From positions 7,130,001 to 7,194,000 of the forward strand of contig CM035353.1 of assembly GCA_020137815.1 (NCBI GenBank): a stretch of 64,000 nucleotides of DNA. The letters run 5' to 3'. Shown piece by piece: positions 38,746 to 51,409 of this stretch. This DNA is from Hormiphora californensis. Its lineage: Eukaryota; Animalia; Ctenophora. The notes below the pieces were generated by a model. That model saw only the letters and a list, made by a program, of their open reading frames with translations. It ran no database searches and was not told the origin of the DNA. The first letter of the stretch is position 1; each line of letters opens with the position of its first letter. Position numbers and translations under genes: made by a program.

Positions 38746-39377
38746 TGCTCCTGGCTAATGGATACACAGATCCCCGTACTTTTGCTTTCGACACCCATAT
38801 CTCAAACCATCAACATCGGAACGAGACTACAGAGGAACAGGTGATTCTAAAGCTACCGTACATAACTGAGGGCTTCAGTGACCAGGTTACCCGGTTTGTC
38901 ATTTCAAACAACCTTCCCATCAAGATTGTGTTTACGCCAGGCAGGAAGTTGAGAGAGATCTTCTGCTCTTCTAGACCTAGAGATGGACTACCAACTTGCC
39001 ATCTAGCGAACTGTAAAATTTGCCCTATCCTTACAGACGGACATTGTCAAATTATTGCCCCTGTTTATAAAATTGAGTGTGTGTTATGTGGCGAAATGTA
39101 TGTAGGAGAAACGGGCAGGACTGCCAAGGAAAGACTCTCTGAGCATCTTCGCTGTGCGAATTCTCCCTCAGCGAAGTCGTACAGAGAGAAAGCCCTTGCA
39201 CTCCATTACAGTACCTTCCACCCGAACACCACTCCGAATCTTAGCTTTAGTATATTAGCAACTGAGACTAAAATGTTATACAGGAAAATTATTGAAGCGT
39301 CATTTATTCATAGATTGAAACCGACTATTAATTTAAAGGAAGAGATGACAGATTTAACCAGATTTTTAGTTATTTAA
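38746..39377 (+). pseudogene. Inverted duplicate of the Penelope 3' half (thumb + GIY-YIG)
   Basis: Translation identical to the minus-strand copy from LLANGYTDPR to DLTRFLVI. Confidence 0.9.
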
Positions 39378-39510
39378 TTTATTTAATTTATTTAATTTAT
39401 GTATTTCATTAATTATTCAGATCTGATTTCTTTATGTCCGTTATTTTACCAGTTAGATCGCGTGATCCAGTTTTCGATAGTAGTTTAGATAGAAGGGAAG
39501 AGATAGAGTC

Positions 39511-39610
<100 letters not shown>

Positions 39611-41409
39611 GAGAGAGAGAGAGAGAGAAAAGATGTCGTATAAATATCTGCGTTGATGTTTAAATATCATCTTTTCTCACCTCCCCAGGTTTGAGATGTT
39701 GAGTAGTTATCATTATTTGGTATTTTAGATATTTAGATTTGTAGACTTAGATTATTAGATTTTGTTATTAGCCACCCATTTTAGTTATTTAGTTATTTAT
39801 TTAGTTATTTAGTTATTTAGTTATTTAGTTATTTAGTACTTTATTTTTAGTCTTATATTAGTACTAGCGCACCCAGGGTTGCGCCCCCCCAAGCTTGCTG
39901 ATAGAATATGTCACGCACCCTACTAAGTGCGTGAGCACCCCACCCGGCTTCGCCGTGTGGTAAAAACATTTCAGTTTGATTTTTACAAATCCAAACAGTG
40001 TTCTATTTGTCGAGTGTTACCAATGGCATTGCCTTGTTTCTCACGTTTAGTTATTACCGGTAGTCACATAAATACGCATGATGGTTGAGCTTGGCCTTTG
40101 TGTTGTGGCAATTGGCAAAATTAAAATGAGCTCGGTAAAGAAATATTAAAATGAAAAGTTCAAGTACTGTACACTCAATGTCAAAATAGTAAAATATCAA
40201 TATCATCACGACTACCACAGTAGGTAGTACCACACCCAATATAATTAAAATTAATACAATCACAATGATAAATCATGACCGGAATCCTCTTCTGTTCACT
40301 CAAGATATAAAAATAAATTAAAAACACATACCTCATACAATAAAACATTCAATGTTAAATAGGTAAAACTTGTAGTTGCTGGAATAAAACAAACTAAAAC
40401 AAAGTCTCGAAATGCTGAAAACGGAATCTGTCCGAGTGCCGATTGGCCGTCAATTCAAATCCTCACTTTATTCTTCTTCATTATAGTGTTCATAATTTAT
40501 GATACCGTTATTGGCTTGGAGAATGGAGAGAAAGTATAGTCCTCTGAGTAAATAGTCTGGTAGTGTGATGAAGATGTTCCTGAAAAAAAAAGATGTTGAT
40601 GTGTTGGGGACTGGATGGGATAAAATAACCACGGGGTGAGTCGTTGTTACACTGCAGTGACATTGGGCGTAGCCTTTGGTGTGTGTGTGGGCCCCATACT
40701 ATGGGGTGTGTGTCTCATGGCCAATGCGTCATGACAACGAATGAATCCGAGTAGGAACTCCCGTGCGCGCGCAGTGCTGGAACATTGTTTTTTTCAGTCT
40801 TTTGCACGCGCGCGTTACAACTACGATAGACCACACAGAAGCTGTAGGAAGATGACGACATTATGATAACAGGAGCATGAACTTGAAAGATGTTCTACAT
40901 AAGTACCTGGTAAGGTGACATAAGTTTGTCCGCGGCTGTTAGAAGAGTGAATCAGTGGAAAACATGCTATGTGCAGATGGATGTTGAAGAATCACCTAAG
41001 GGATAAATCAATGTTAAAGACAGACACAGCAGATTAAAAACAATACCAAAGGTTGTGAACGGAGTAAGCAGAAAAAAACATTGTAGCTATTTACCGCAGT
41101 GGTAGGTGTGAAGGAGAGTATACATTTGTCTGTGACGTTGGTGACGTAGTGGTGATAATCTATCTCCGTCGTCTGGGTAGGGGAGAGAGGGACGTTTGTT
41201 ACAAAACAGAGAAAAATAGAAATTAGGCCAATTCGAATAGTTCGGATCATCGCTTACATGATAGAAATCAGATAATCGTTATCATTATCAAGGATGAGTG
41301 GTAAAAGTGGATGCGGACCAAAAGGGGAACCTGTAAGGGGAAAAGGATGCTGATAGGGTTAAAACTGTATATAGAAAATAAAAGAGAAATTGCTGGGGTA
41401 TAGAATTTA

Positions 41410-42463
41410 AACTATCTGGCGCCAAAAATATCTGGAAAGGGGAGGATTAATTAACGTTATAACGCCTGCAGTGTAAACCTTAGAAAGAATGAGGGAGCTC
41501 TGGAATTAGTAAAACCAACCTGCAACAACTGTCTCAGTGCGTTGGTGTGATAAGGCAGACGGTCCACAAAGGCAGGGACCCCATTAATTGTCTCTCGTGT
41601 AGATCGGCAAATTAACTCTTAATATTGGGGCGTACAGTGAAATCATAAACTGTATTCACAGTACAGGCGGTTCCGTTGGAAACCTTCTGAAAGGGTCCGT
41701 TAACAATGTGCACGTGAATGCCACTGAATCTCTTAGCACGTGAAAATGCGACTCCTGGCCCTGAGCTTTGTTAATGGTTAGAGCATAGGCCAGCCTTAGA
41801 GGGAATTGAAGTCTTTGCAATTTAAAAGGTAAGGCGATATCAGAGGCTGTTAACTTGATACGTGGTATGAATGCCTTCTTTCCTAAAAACGTAGAGTTAC
41901 CACTTATAACAGAAACTTCGATAACAGAGTTACCGAGTGATTCAATTCGTAGGCGGGTGCCGTTACAAAGACCTGATTTGGAGTCAAGGTTACGAAGTAA
42001 AGTCGGATTTTTTGAAATTGTCACCCCAAAATGACCGCGTATGTGAAATTTATCAATTTTGACTCGCACACCATACGTTAACATGTGATGTGACGCGCAA
42101 AAACATTCCACGCACGAAAAGGGGGGTGACAGTTTCAAAAAATCCGACTTTAACATTACAGTGCAGCCCTGTTTCAGTTTGAGACCGTGAGCGGGCATCC
42201 CACTGGGGTTAACGCTATTTAGAAACTCTGTGGTGAGGTTAGATATTTCGTTAGAGTCGTCCTCAATCACTGTATCAATACTTCGGTACTCTCTGGGAGA
42301 AGTGTTAGGCTCAAAGATGTTGAGAATCTTATCATTCAACTTATTCACATCCTGATTGAGAGGTGTTAGAACGAAAAAGCTGGTCCTGTCAACAGAAAAG
42401 TCAGGGAAAATAGAAGTCAAAATGCACTGGAGGGGATGTCAATTTGCATCCTGGTGGCATCTG
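41410..42463 (-). pseudogene. Second, diverged partial copy of the Helitron helicase 3' end and its trailer
   Basis: Similar to 52680-53215 joined to 48130-48572 (no hAT), with substitutions, a short deletion after KAQGQE and an in-frame MITE. Confidence 0.88.
42000..42150. mobile_element. 151-bp MITE, AAGTCGGATTTTTTGAA termini, TA TSD
   Basis: The empty site 'tacgaagtaacattac' is visible at ~52879. Confidence 0.88.
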
Positions 42464-42769
42464 GACAAAAAAAGGTGGCAAATTATTTTGTTAAATTATA
42501 GAGCAGAGTTGAAATTGGTGTTGTAAGTTGAACTGCCCTGAATACGCATGATATTTCGGATATTGTAAAATTGGCTGTGGCTTTAAAGGAGAGGTCAGGG
42601 ACATTTTAGTAAGATCTGTGCGCACGAAACACAGTATGCCATTGAGTACTTGTGAATTGAATTAAAAAATTCGTGTTACATTAAAATTCCACTTTTATCA
42701 ATTTTTTGAAAAATAATTACTAATTACAGAAAACATTACAGGGATTAATATATTGAGTTCACTCACGTC

Positions 42770-43364
42770 TCACATACTATAGTATGTCAGTGCCTCCTCG
42801 TCAGTGCTGTACTCCCTGTCTGATTCCGATGCGTACACATCAAACAGGGAGCACACCTCACTCTCATCATCCTCATCACTGTCATCTTCATCTTCGTCCT
42901 CATCACTATCTTCTCCGGCATCCAAATCTTCCTCTTGTTCGTCTAGAAGTGGAGCGGGAGGCGGGGAGGAGATGTCATCTGCATCGTCGCTCTAATGAAT
43001 GAGTATGATAATGTGCATCGTCGTGGAAATAATACGAAGTTTGGAAAAATGTTGTGGAAAACTGGAAATGAATATTAATACCGATGAAAAAGGGGAATCT
43101 AATATTCTCGCGGCTGACGTTGGGGAGATCATGGGAGCGGGAAGAGGGGAGCTGGAGGGAATGTCACCAACACTTGTCCCCGCAGTGTCTTCCTCATCGC
43201 TCTAATGAATGAGTATGGTATTTGGAATTGTGAAAAAATGTTGTGTAATGTGATTTTAAAAATGGGAAATAATTAATAGTTAGTACCGAAGTAAATGGAG
43301 AGTCCAAGATCCTTTCAACGGATCTAGGGGAGATTAGAGGAGGGGAGGCACCACTGCTGGACAT
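42770..43364 (-). CDS. Helitron-borne three-exon gene, 139-aa Ser/Pro-rich hyper-acidic protein; exons 43364-43287, 43201-43082, 42991-42770
   Basis: Phase-0 GT-AG introns give MSSSGASPPLISPRSVERILDSPFTS|SDEEDTAG...ISPTSAARILDSPFSS|SDDADDISSPPPAPLLDEQEEDLDAGEDSDEDEDEDDSDEDDESEVCSLFDVYASESDREYSTDEEALTYYSM*. An acceptor (ttctgtag) lies 14 nt before the ATG. Confidence 0.68.
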
Positions 43365-43534
43365 TTTTCACCGTTAAACTACAGAAATATAATGAGTAGT
43401 GTTGGAAATATAATGTTATAATACCATTAAATAGCGTCGTTTTAAAGTTTTTAATCCATCAGGAGTATTATAAAAAACGCGCAAAACGAACCGACTTTGG
43501 GAGATAGGGATCCCAAAAAAGTACACAGCGTTTA

Positions 43535-43688
43535 AAGTCGGATTTTTTGAAATTGTCACCCCAAAATGACCGCGTAAGTGAAATTTATCAATTTCGACTC
43601 GCACACCACACGTTAACATGTGATGTGACGCGCAAAAAAATTCCGCACACGAAAAGGGGGGGGTTGACAGTTTCAAAAAATCCGACTT
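43535..43688. mobile_element. AAGTCGG-family MITE copy (partial copy follows at ~43703-43765)
   Basis: ta|aagtcggattttttgaaattgtc...caaaaaatccgactt|ta. Confidence 0.85.
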
Positions 43689-44855
43689 TAAACAGTTGAA
43701 AAAAGTCGGATTTTTTGAAGTTAAAAAAATAACCGCGCATGTGAAATTTATCAATTTTGACGCGCAAATTTTACAAAAAAAAGTAACACGCAGATCTTTA
43801 TGAAAATGCGCCGCAATTGTGCGCGCGTGGTGTAGTCAAAATTTTCAAATAAAACATTTTTTTCATCTCAAAAAACCAAAACTTGAAAAGTTGGCATGCG
43901 CTGCAGACCCCAAGTGCGCACGTTTTCCAGGGCTTCTGTAGCATAGGCCAACTTGAAAAGCTTCGTTATATCACACCGCGTTTGGTTATGAAGTTGTTGG
44001 TTATGAAGTTGTCACCTCCTTTGCGCGTCACATAACATGGTTATGCGTGGTGCAGAGTGCATGTGAAAACTGGTAAACTTTACATGCACGGTCATCTGGG
44101 GGAGGGTGACTTTATGATTGGCATATTTAAGCCCTTGCCAGCACAGAGTCACATACCGACGATGGCAGACATGATAGTCATGGACGTATTTACTTTGCCT
44201 TGTGCTCGTCTGCAGTCGGTTAGCAAGTACTAAAGTCAGGGTGATTGGCGTGCCATCACCCACCGTTGTTCTTATGCTATACCAAAACTAAAATGGGCCT
44301 TGTTTCACGCGAAAGGATTTCAGACCGCCATAGCTCCACCCCCTGATAAAATAGATACTTGATAATTGTTTTGTAAGGAGATCATGTCTCTATCTCATCA
44401 GGGAGTTGAGCTATGACCGTGGGAAAACCGAAGTGAGGCTCATTTTCCGCATATAGTCAAATTTTTTAATCAAGGGATAGTAGCAGTACATTTACAAAAG
44501 CTGTTTTGCGTGCACTAAACATCTTCGCTCATATCTCCTGATCTTGATATGATAAAGACTTGGTCTTGGTTGCGTCGAAAAGGTGTTAAAATTATATTTC
44601 TAACGCTTCCGGGTTCAAGTCTTAAGATTGCTAGGAACTTTATCTCGACTATCACCCGCAAATACAAAGCGACCCCTTTGCGTGCGTGGCCCCCTGTCCC
44701 TTGATTAAAAATTCGACTTTACCTTTTTATATTCAACTGGTCCTTTCAATTAGTGGGCGGATTTGTTTCATGTGTGGTGAGTGTGTTAAAGAGTGGGGTG
44801 AGCACATACCATATATGTTGTTTGGGAGAAGCCCTTCCTGTCATAGTCAGGGTTA

Positions 44856-45005
44856 AAGTCGGATTTTTTGAAACTGTCACCCCCTTTTCGTGCACGGAAT
44901 GTTTTTGTGCGTCACATCACATGTTATCGTGTGGTGTGCGCGTCAAAATCGATAAATTTTACATGCGCGGTCATTTTGGGGTGACAACTTCAAAAAATCA
45001 GACTT
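44856..45005. mobile_element. AAGTCGG-family MITE copy, opposite orientation
   Basis: ta|aagtcggattttttgaaactgtc...caaaaaatcagactt|ta. Confidence 0.82.
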
Positions 45006-45156
45006 TAGTGAGTCTTTTATGAGTTGCTGTGGTGTATGAGTTTGTGTCATGTGTGTGTGCGTGTGTTGTGAGATGTCATTGGCTAATGCGCGCAAGTGAA
45101 ATTTTAATTCTAACGTAGGTGTGTTCTCTTCCTTACAAATATGTTTCATGTTAGCA

Positions 45157-46221
45157 ATGTCTGATTCTGATGCCAGCCCCAAGAGCCCGTCCACCGGCGA
45201 TAAGGGAAAGAAAAGAGCCGGCACCAAGCAGGACCCCGGCAGGAAGCGAAGGGCGTAAGTGTTACTTAGGGGATAGCGGGAAGAGAATAGGGGGAAGAGA
45301 ATGGGTGAGGTAGAATCAAGTTAGGTAGAAAAATGGATAAATAGGGTGATTAAATACACAATTATCTGCCATGGGTATCAACTTGACTTGGTTTAACAGT
45401 AAGATAGGATTGAGGGGGTGTGGATAAGGGTTAGCCCAAAATTAAAGTCATAATTCTGTCACCCAACGTGACATTTTAACAGTGTTAAAATGGTGCGTAT
45501 GATTGTTAATGTGGGAATAAAGATTCAAAGATTCAAAGATTCAAATTAAAAAGTACTTAACAATAATATTATTGTCGTATAACTATAAAAAAGTGGGAGT
45601 AGGAGGGGTAGAGAGAGGGCTCAGGGGGGGTTGAGAGGAGAGGTATGGTGGGCGGTGGTAGTGTGTGTATTATGGGTTGATGATGGTGTGAATTAGGTGA
45701 GAGGAATATAGGGGATATAATTTTGGCAGCCGCCGGTGTGTCTGGAAAACTAAGATTTTAATTTTGCCGTAGGTGTTGCAGGTGACATGCTTTATATGAG
45801 AGGAGGAGGGGGGGGGCTATGACGTACAAACAATGCGATGTATGTCGGAAGGGGCGGGGGTCACAGCAATAAAAATCAGACTTCAGGGAGGGCAGTGTTT
45901 TAAAACTAAGTAAACGTACAGTTCCCCTGTTCTTGGAAAGTACAGTTTCTCATCAAAATGTAACACATATACACTGTTTCAGGTACATAACGAATGTATG
46001 CCCGAACTTCCTGCATGGGGTCTCATGCTTGGTGCCGGGGTGCGCCTTTGTCCATCCCCTTGGTAAGTGAATATGCGTAAACGTAGGTGTAATGAAATGG
46101 GTTTTGGAAATGGCTGTTGCAATGTTGATGTAGGGTCATTGTGGGAGGTTAATGGAAAAACAAATGAATTAACAACCTACCCATTTCAGAGGAGTTCGTG
46201 ATCAAAAGAAGAAGGAAATAG
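45157..46221 (+). CDS. Helitron-borne three-exon gene, 69-aa basic CCCH zinc-finger microprotein; exons 45157-45254, 45983-46062, 46190-46221
   Basis: gtaagt donors and tttcag acceptors, phases 2 and 1 compatible: MSDSDASPKSPSTGDKGKKRAGTKQDPGRKRRAYITNVCPNFLHGVSCLVPGCAFVHPLEEFVIKRRRK* (C-x8-C-x4-C-x3-H). An acceptor (atgttag) lies 2 nt before the ATG. Confidence 0.72.
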
Positions 46222-48572
46222 ATTTATTATTGATTAATTATTGATGTATTATTATTTGTATTTTTTTTGTTCTCTTTTGTAAATTTTATGTGCTTTTATT
46301 GTGAAGATAAAATTAGTTAGGCCCCTGGTACAGGTAGAAACGCAAATTCATGCTTCATTAATGTTAACTGACATTGGGGTCTAACTAATGGTCGGAAAGG
46401 GGCTGATAATTTACTGAGATCTGAAATCGTCTGTCTCTTAAGAGAATTCAGCCGATTTTTGGGATGTGTTGCTGAATATGAAATCTTGGGACGGATCTGG
46501 CGCGCGAAATGTTGTGATGAAAGCACACAAACGTTTCATTGACAGTAACAGAAAGAGGCGACGCGCACTCCCAAAGAGTAGATGTGAGATGGGTGGTTGG
46601 AACTAAAATGAAAGGAGTGGTAGGTGTCAATCAAGTCAACCTAATACATTTTACGGAGCGCCAGGGTAGATGCCACAATTAGCAGGTCAATATTAAACAT
46701 GCGTGTTTATGTCCCATCCGGTGCGAAGTAAATGACAACTTCATGTGGTGGATCTTGGCGCGAAAAACAGTCTAACTTGGCAATTATTGGACATAGGACT
46801 CAGTGAGGTGCATAGTAGGTTACATAATCAGCGTTATATCCAGCGACACATCCCACAAATCATTTAAATACGCATGATGTCAGAGGGACGTTCGAACATG
46901 AATTAACTTATACCTATTACGAAGAATAGTATCCTGAACAAAGGCGGCTACCATCAATTCGCTGACGTTGGTGAAAGTAACGAATCTGAAAGTAGTTGGA
47001 GGAAGGTAGACAGAAATACCGGACAAATTGGGAACGAAAGAGACAATACTTGGGGTGTATGTGTGTAGAATAGCTTATTACAAAGTAATAAGTTACCTGT
47101 GGAAAAGATGAAAAAGCGTAAAGTTGGAACTGTTTACAGCCAGACTCAGGTTGATAAACGGAAATCTGAAAAGTCACGGGAGTAGCAGATAGAGAAGCAT
47201 TTTGAGCGGGGAAGTAAAGAGTGGTAAGCGATGAACAGTACGACACTTACACATGACAGGGCGGAGGTGCAGTACAGAAATAAGATAATTGAACAGTCAG
47301 GGTAAGTGCCGTGACCTGAAAAGGAAATATGAGTAGCAGCAACACGACACTTATGAAAGATTCATGGGACGTGAGACTATTTATGTGGGAGGGGAAATGT
47401 ATGAGTGTGTAATGTGCAATGCTTGAGAATTGGGATGTATTCGTAGAGAATAATGAGTTACCTGTCAGAATAGTAGAAAGGGAAAGAGTTGAAACTGTTT
47501 GTAGTTTGGGTCATGGTGATAAAATGACATCTGAAAATACATGGGAGTGGAAGGTAGAGAAATATATGGAAAGGGGTGGCAAAGAGTGGTGGAAAGTGTA
47601 ATACTTACAAATGAATCGGTGAATTGCTTCAGTACGGGGTAGAATTGTTGAACAGTCAAGTGTTGTAATCTGAGAGGGAAATTGTGAGATTAAAATAGAT
47701 GTAAGGTAACATATGCACTTTATAGTCCAACAAAAAAGATAAGATGAAATCAATACCGGTGAAATGTAGTAACTGGTAGAAGGTGACGTGACGCAGGTTG
47801 CTGTTGGCAGTGTACTGTTGGCAGTTGTTAATGAATCAGATGAAACGAATATGATCTGAAATCGGATGAAAGTGAACAACACGTTGAAACAGAGCGGTAG
47901 AGAGGAAGGAAATGAGACACGAAACTTACAAAAGAAATGGTGTGGTTCCGGAAGAAAAGATAAACTGGCTAAAGTAGTGACTTCAAGATGTTCTATCTGA
48001 GAGGGAAGGTACAAATGAGTAATGTAGGTGGGAAAAACTGGTGCTGTGAAATCTGAAATTTTGCAAATTTCCGTTCCATTACCATGTAAAGGTTGTAAAG
48101 AGAAGCAGCGGTAGCTGTAGATCGCGTTAAAAATTATCTGGTGCCAACAATATCTGGAAAGGGGAGGTTTAATTAACGTTATAACGCCTGCAGTGTAAAC
48201 CTTAGAAAGAATGAGGGAGCGCTGGAATTAGTAAAACCAACCTGCAACAATTGTCTCAGTGCGTTGGTGTGATAAGGCAGACGGTCCACAAAGGCAGGGA
48301 CCACATTAGTTGTCTCTCATGTAGATCGGCAAATTAACTCTTATTTTTGGGGCGTGCAGTGAAATCATAAACTGTATTCACAGTACGGGCGGTTCCGTTG
48401 GAAACCTTCTGAAAGGGTCCGTTAACAATGTGCACGTGAATGCCACTGAATCTCTTAGCACGTGAAAATGCGACATATAACTGCCCATGGGAAAACACGG
48501 GGGAGGGAAGGTAAATCCCGACAGTTTCAAACTCCTGGCCCTGAGCTTTGTTAATGGTTAGAGCATAGGCGA

Positions 48573-49448
48573 TAGAGTGTTGGGTTTTGAAATCATTTTT
48601 TTGGCATAGCAATGACTAGACGTATTTTTTCACGCTGATTCCGAATCTGTCATCAGATTTGATCTACGATAACGTCATCCCTTTCCGCGGTCCTTTTAAA
48701 GGAACTTCTATTGCGCTGCGTTTTAGTGCTGGCACTATATCACGTGATCTCTCGCTAATTAGCTGCGCTCTCGATCTTACACGCGAGCGCACAACTCGGG
48801 ATGTGTGAGAGCCCCGTTACGGTCAAGATTGATCGGGACATAGCCGACTATTATACCAGTAGTTTGAGCTATATATAAAATTTCCGTTTCAATTGCCTTT
48901 TCCGGACTGTAAAAATGATCCAAGAGAGTGAAATGGGCAATTAAGCCCACACAATTTCCTGAAACTGAACCTGGGATCAAGATCTAATAAACCGGATGTC
49001 TTCCAGTTGGGCTATTACAAATCCGTTGGGTAAGTAGGATGTACCCAATCTTAATCACTTTGAGCCGGGGCTATATGTCTCAAACACGTGACATACCACG
49101 TGTTATGAGATCGGGATTTGTAGTTGCAATGTTTGCTCGAGAAGTTATTCACAGTTTGACAACCTCTATGACGTTTGGAACTTTTAACGATTTTATTGGG
49201 TGCGACAGGATTGACCCATTGCAGCCACATCTTGTAATAACCAAGCGGAACGCTCTTGCCCATTACCTTGCTGTTTTGACTGAGGATCAGCTCGCCTCAG
49301 GAAATAATCGAGTGCCAACTGCCAATGCTCTTACCCAGACTGCACATGTTGTTTTGGAGCTTTTTTCAAACAACGGTGCAACTACCGTGACAGAGAAATC
49401 CATTAAAAAGTAAGGGGGAACATGGTGTCTGATCGAAACTAAAACAGA

Positions 49449-49529
<81 letters not shown>

Positions 49530-51324
49530 TGAGAGTGTGTGAGAGAGAGAGAGGGCGATGGAGAGAGTATTACTTTTGATCATATTTTAGGTCCTTGACC
49601 AACTTGATTAACGAGACCAAGAGAGCAAACAAATGGAGATGTAATCAGAAGAAAAATCAGTACGAAATGGATTTGATGTCAGATCTATTTATGTCTAGCA
49701 GTCCGTTCTTTGCAAAGGTATATATTATACATGTTATCAGTTTGAATCAAACTTGAATTAATGCTGTAGTTGTTGTTAAACATCCTTTACTTTACTTGGT
49801 AATGTTATTCTGTTATTCAGACAGTGCCACGAACTAAATCACCCATTGTGACCCCTACATCTGCATCCAGTCCTTCCCAAAGCTTCAGTTCAACAGATAC
49901 TCCTAAGAGTATTAGATTCAGGCCCGCTCGTTCTTACGTTACAGATGTAAGTTGCCAACTAGTTACAGTATTGTTGAAACGCTTATAAGTTTGAAACTCT
50001 TCAATACTATATAAGATGTATATGTTTAATACCCGTTTAATAGTCTAGCCTTATCTTACTATCTGAAAGAGATAATGAATCAAATCTCTAACATTGTTGT
50101 CTCATCTCAGGTGGAAGATAAGGTTGATGATAGGGACCATAATTCTGCCAAGGACCCGGAGTTCAGCTATACCGATACATCTTCTGAATCTGATCAGGGC
50201 AGTAGTGACAGTGACATTAGTGATTCTGAAAATAACTTACAGACCACTCCTAATAAACGATATTCAAAACGACGTTTACAAAGCACGCCTATAGTTAAAC
50301 ATGATTATAAATATTATGCTAGGGTAGCTGCTGTTGCCATGCGATTTGGCAACAGCCCCGAAAATGCCGCCCAATACTGTACAGAAATTCGTAGGACGGA
50401 CGCTCTAGCAAATGGGGACCCGTTCTACGAAGTGGTGACGTCAGACAAAATGAAAAATGCCATGGAGTTTGTCCGAACTGGAGCAGTGAAAGCGCTAGTG
50501 GGAAAGAAAGTATACGGTAAGTGGTTTTACTAATAGTAAGTGGTTTTACTAATAGAAGAAGAAGAACTATTCCCTATTACTTCCAACATTAACCCCTAAC
50601 TCCCTGATTTATCGCACCTTTATTTGTTTCCATCAGCTATATACGCTGATTGTAAAGAGGATAAGCGAACTGCTGTTCTGAACAAGCAAGATAACCGAGG
50701 AAGGGTCGAACACACTGCAGAGACACACGTGACAGTAGTTATCTATGCTGGAGATGAGAAAGGTGATGTTCAGCGAGTCTATTGTGGCTGGGCAGTTCCA
50801 AAGCCAGCTGAGAGAGCACCTTTGAACATGAAGCGAAAGAAGAAGAAGGGTGAAAAGTCTACCAAAGCTGAGAAGAGATTGGAAAAAGCTAATAGCATCA
50901 CTGGTAAGTTAAAGCAGTTGTTTTTCCACTTCAAACAGTTTCACCTTAACTCCTTTTCACTCTATTATATACTTTTGTATCAGTTTTATGTGTTTCTAAT
51001 CCGAATTTATCCATACAGGAAGCAGAATCGCTGCGGAGTTGGTAAACTACCTAGAAAGTTTGAGCCTGGACTTGTCTGACGTGCGGGTAGTCGGTTGTGA
51101 TGGTACATCAGTCAATACAGGTTAGTTGAATAACATACTATTTTAATACTAAACATTAGTCAGGGCTGAATCTATCGATCTCAGTATTTGTTTAATCGTC
51201 CTTATTTCCTCGAGGTATTCATAAGGGGTTCATGACGGAGTTACAAACAATGGTAGGCCGAAAACAACTCCAGTGGTCTGTGTGTTTACTCCACCAATTC
51301 GAACTCAACATGAGGTATTACAAA

Positions 51325-51409
<85 letters not shown>

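Noticed and set aside
45772-45839. Extra exon in the CCCH gene
   Set aside because: Both candidate acceptors give an immediate in-frame TGA after the phase-2 donor.
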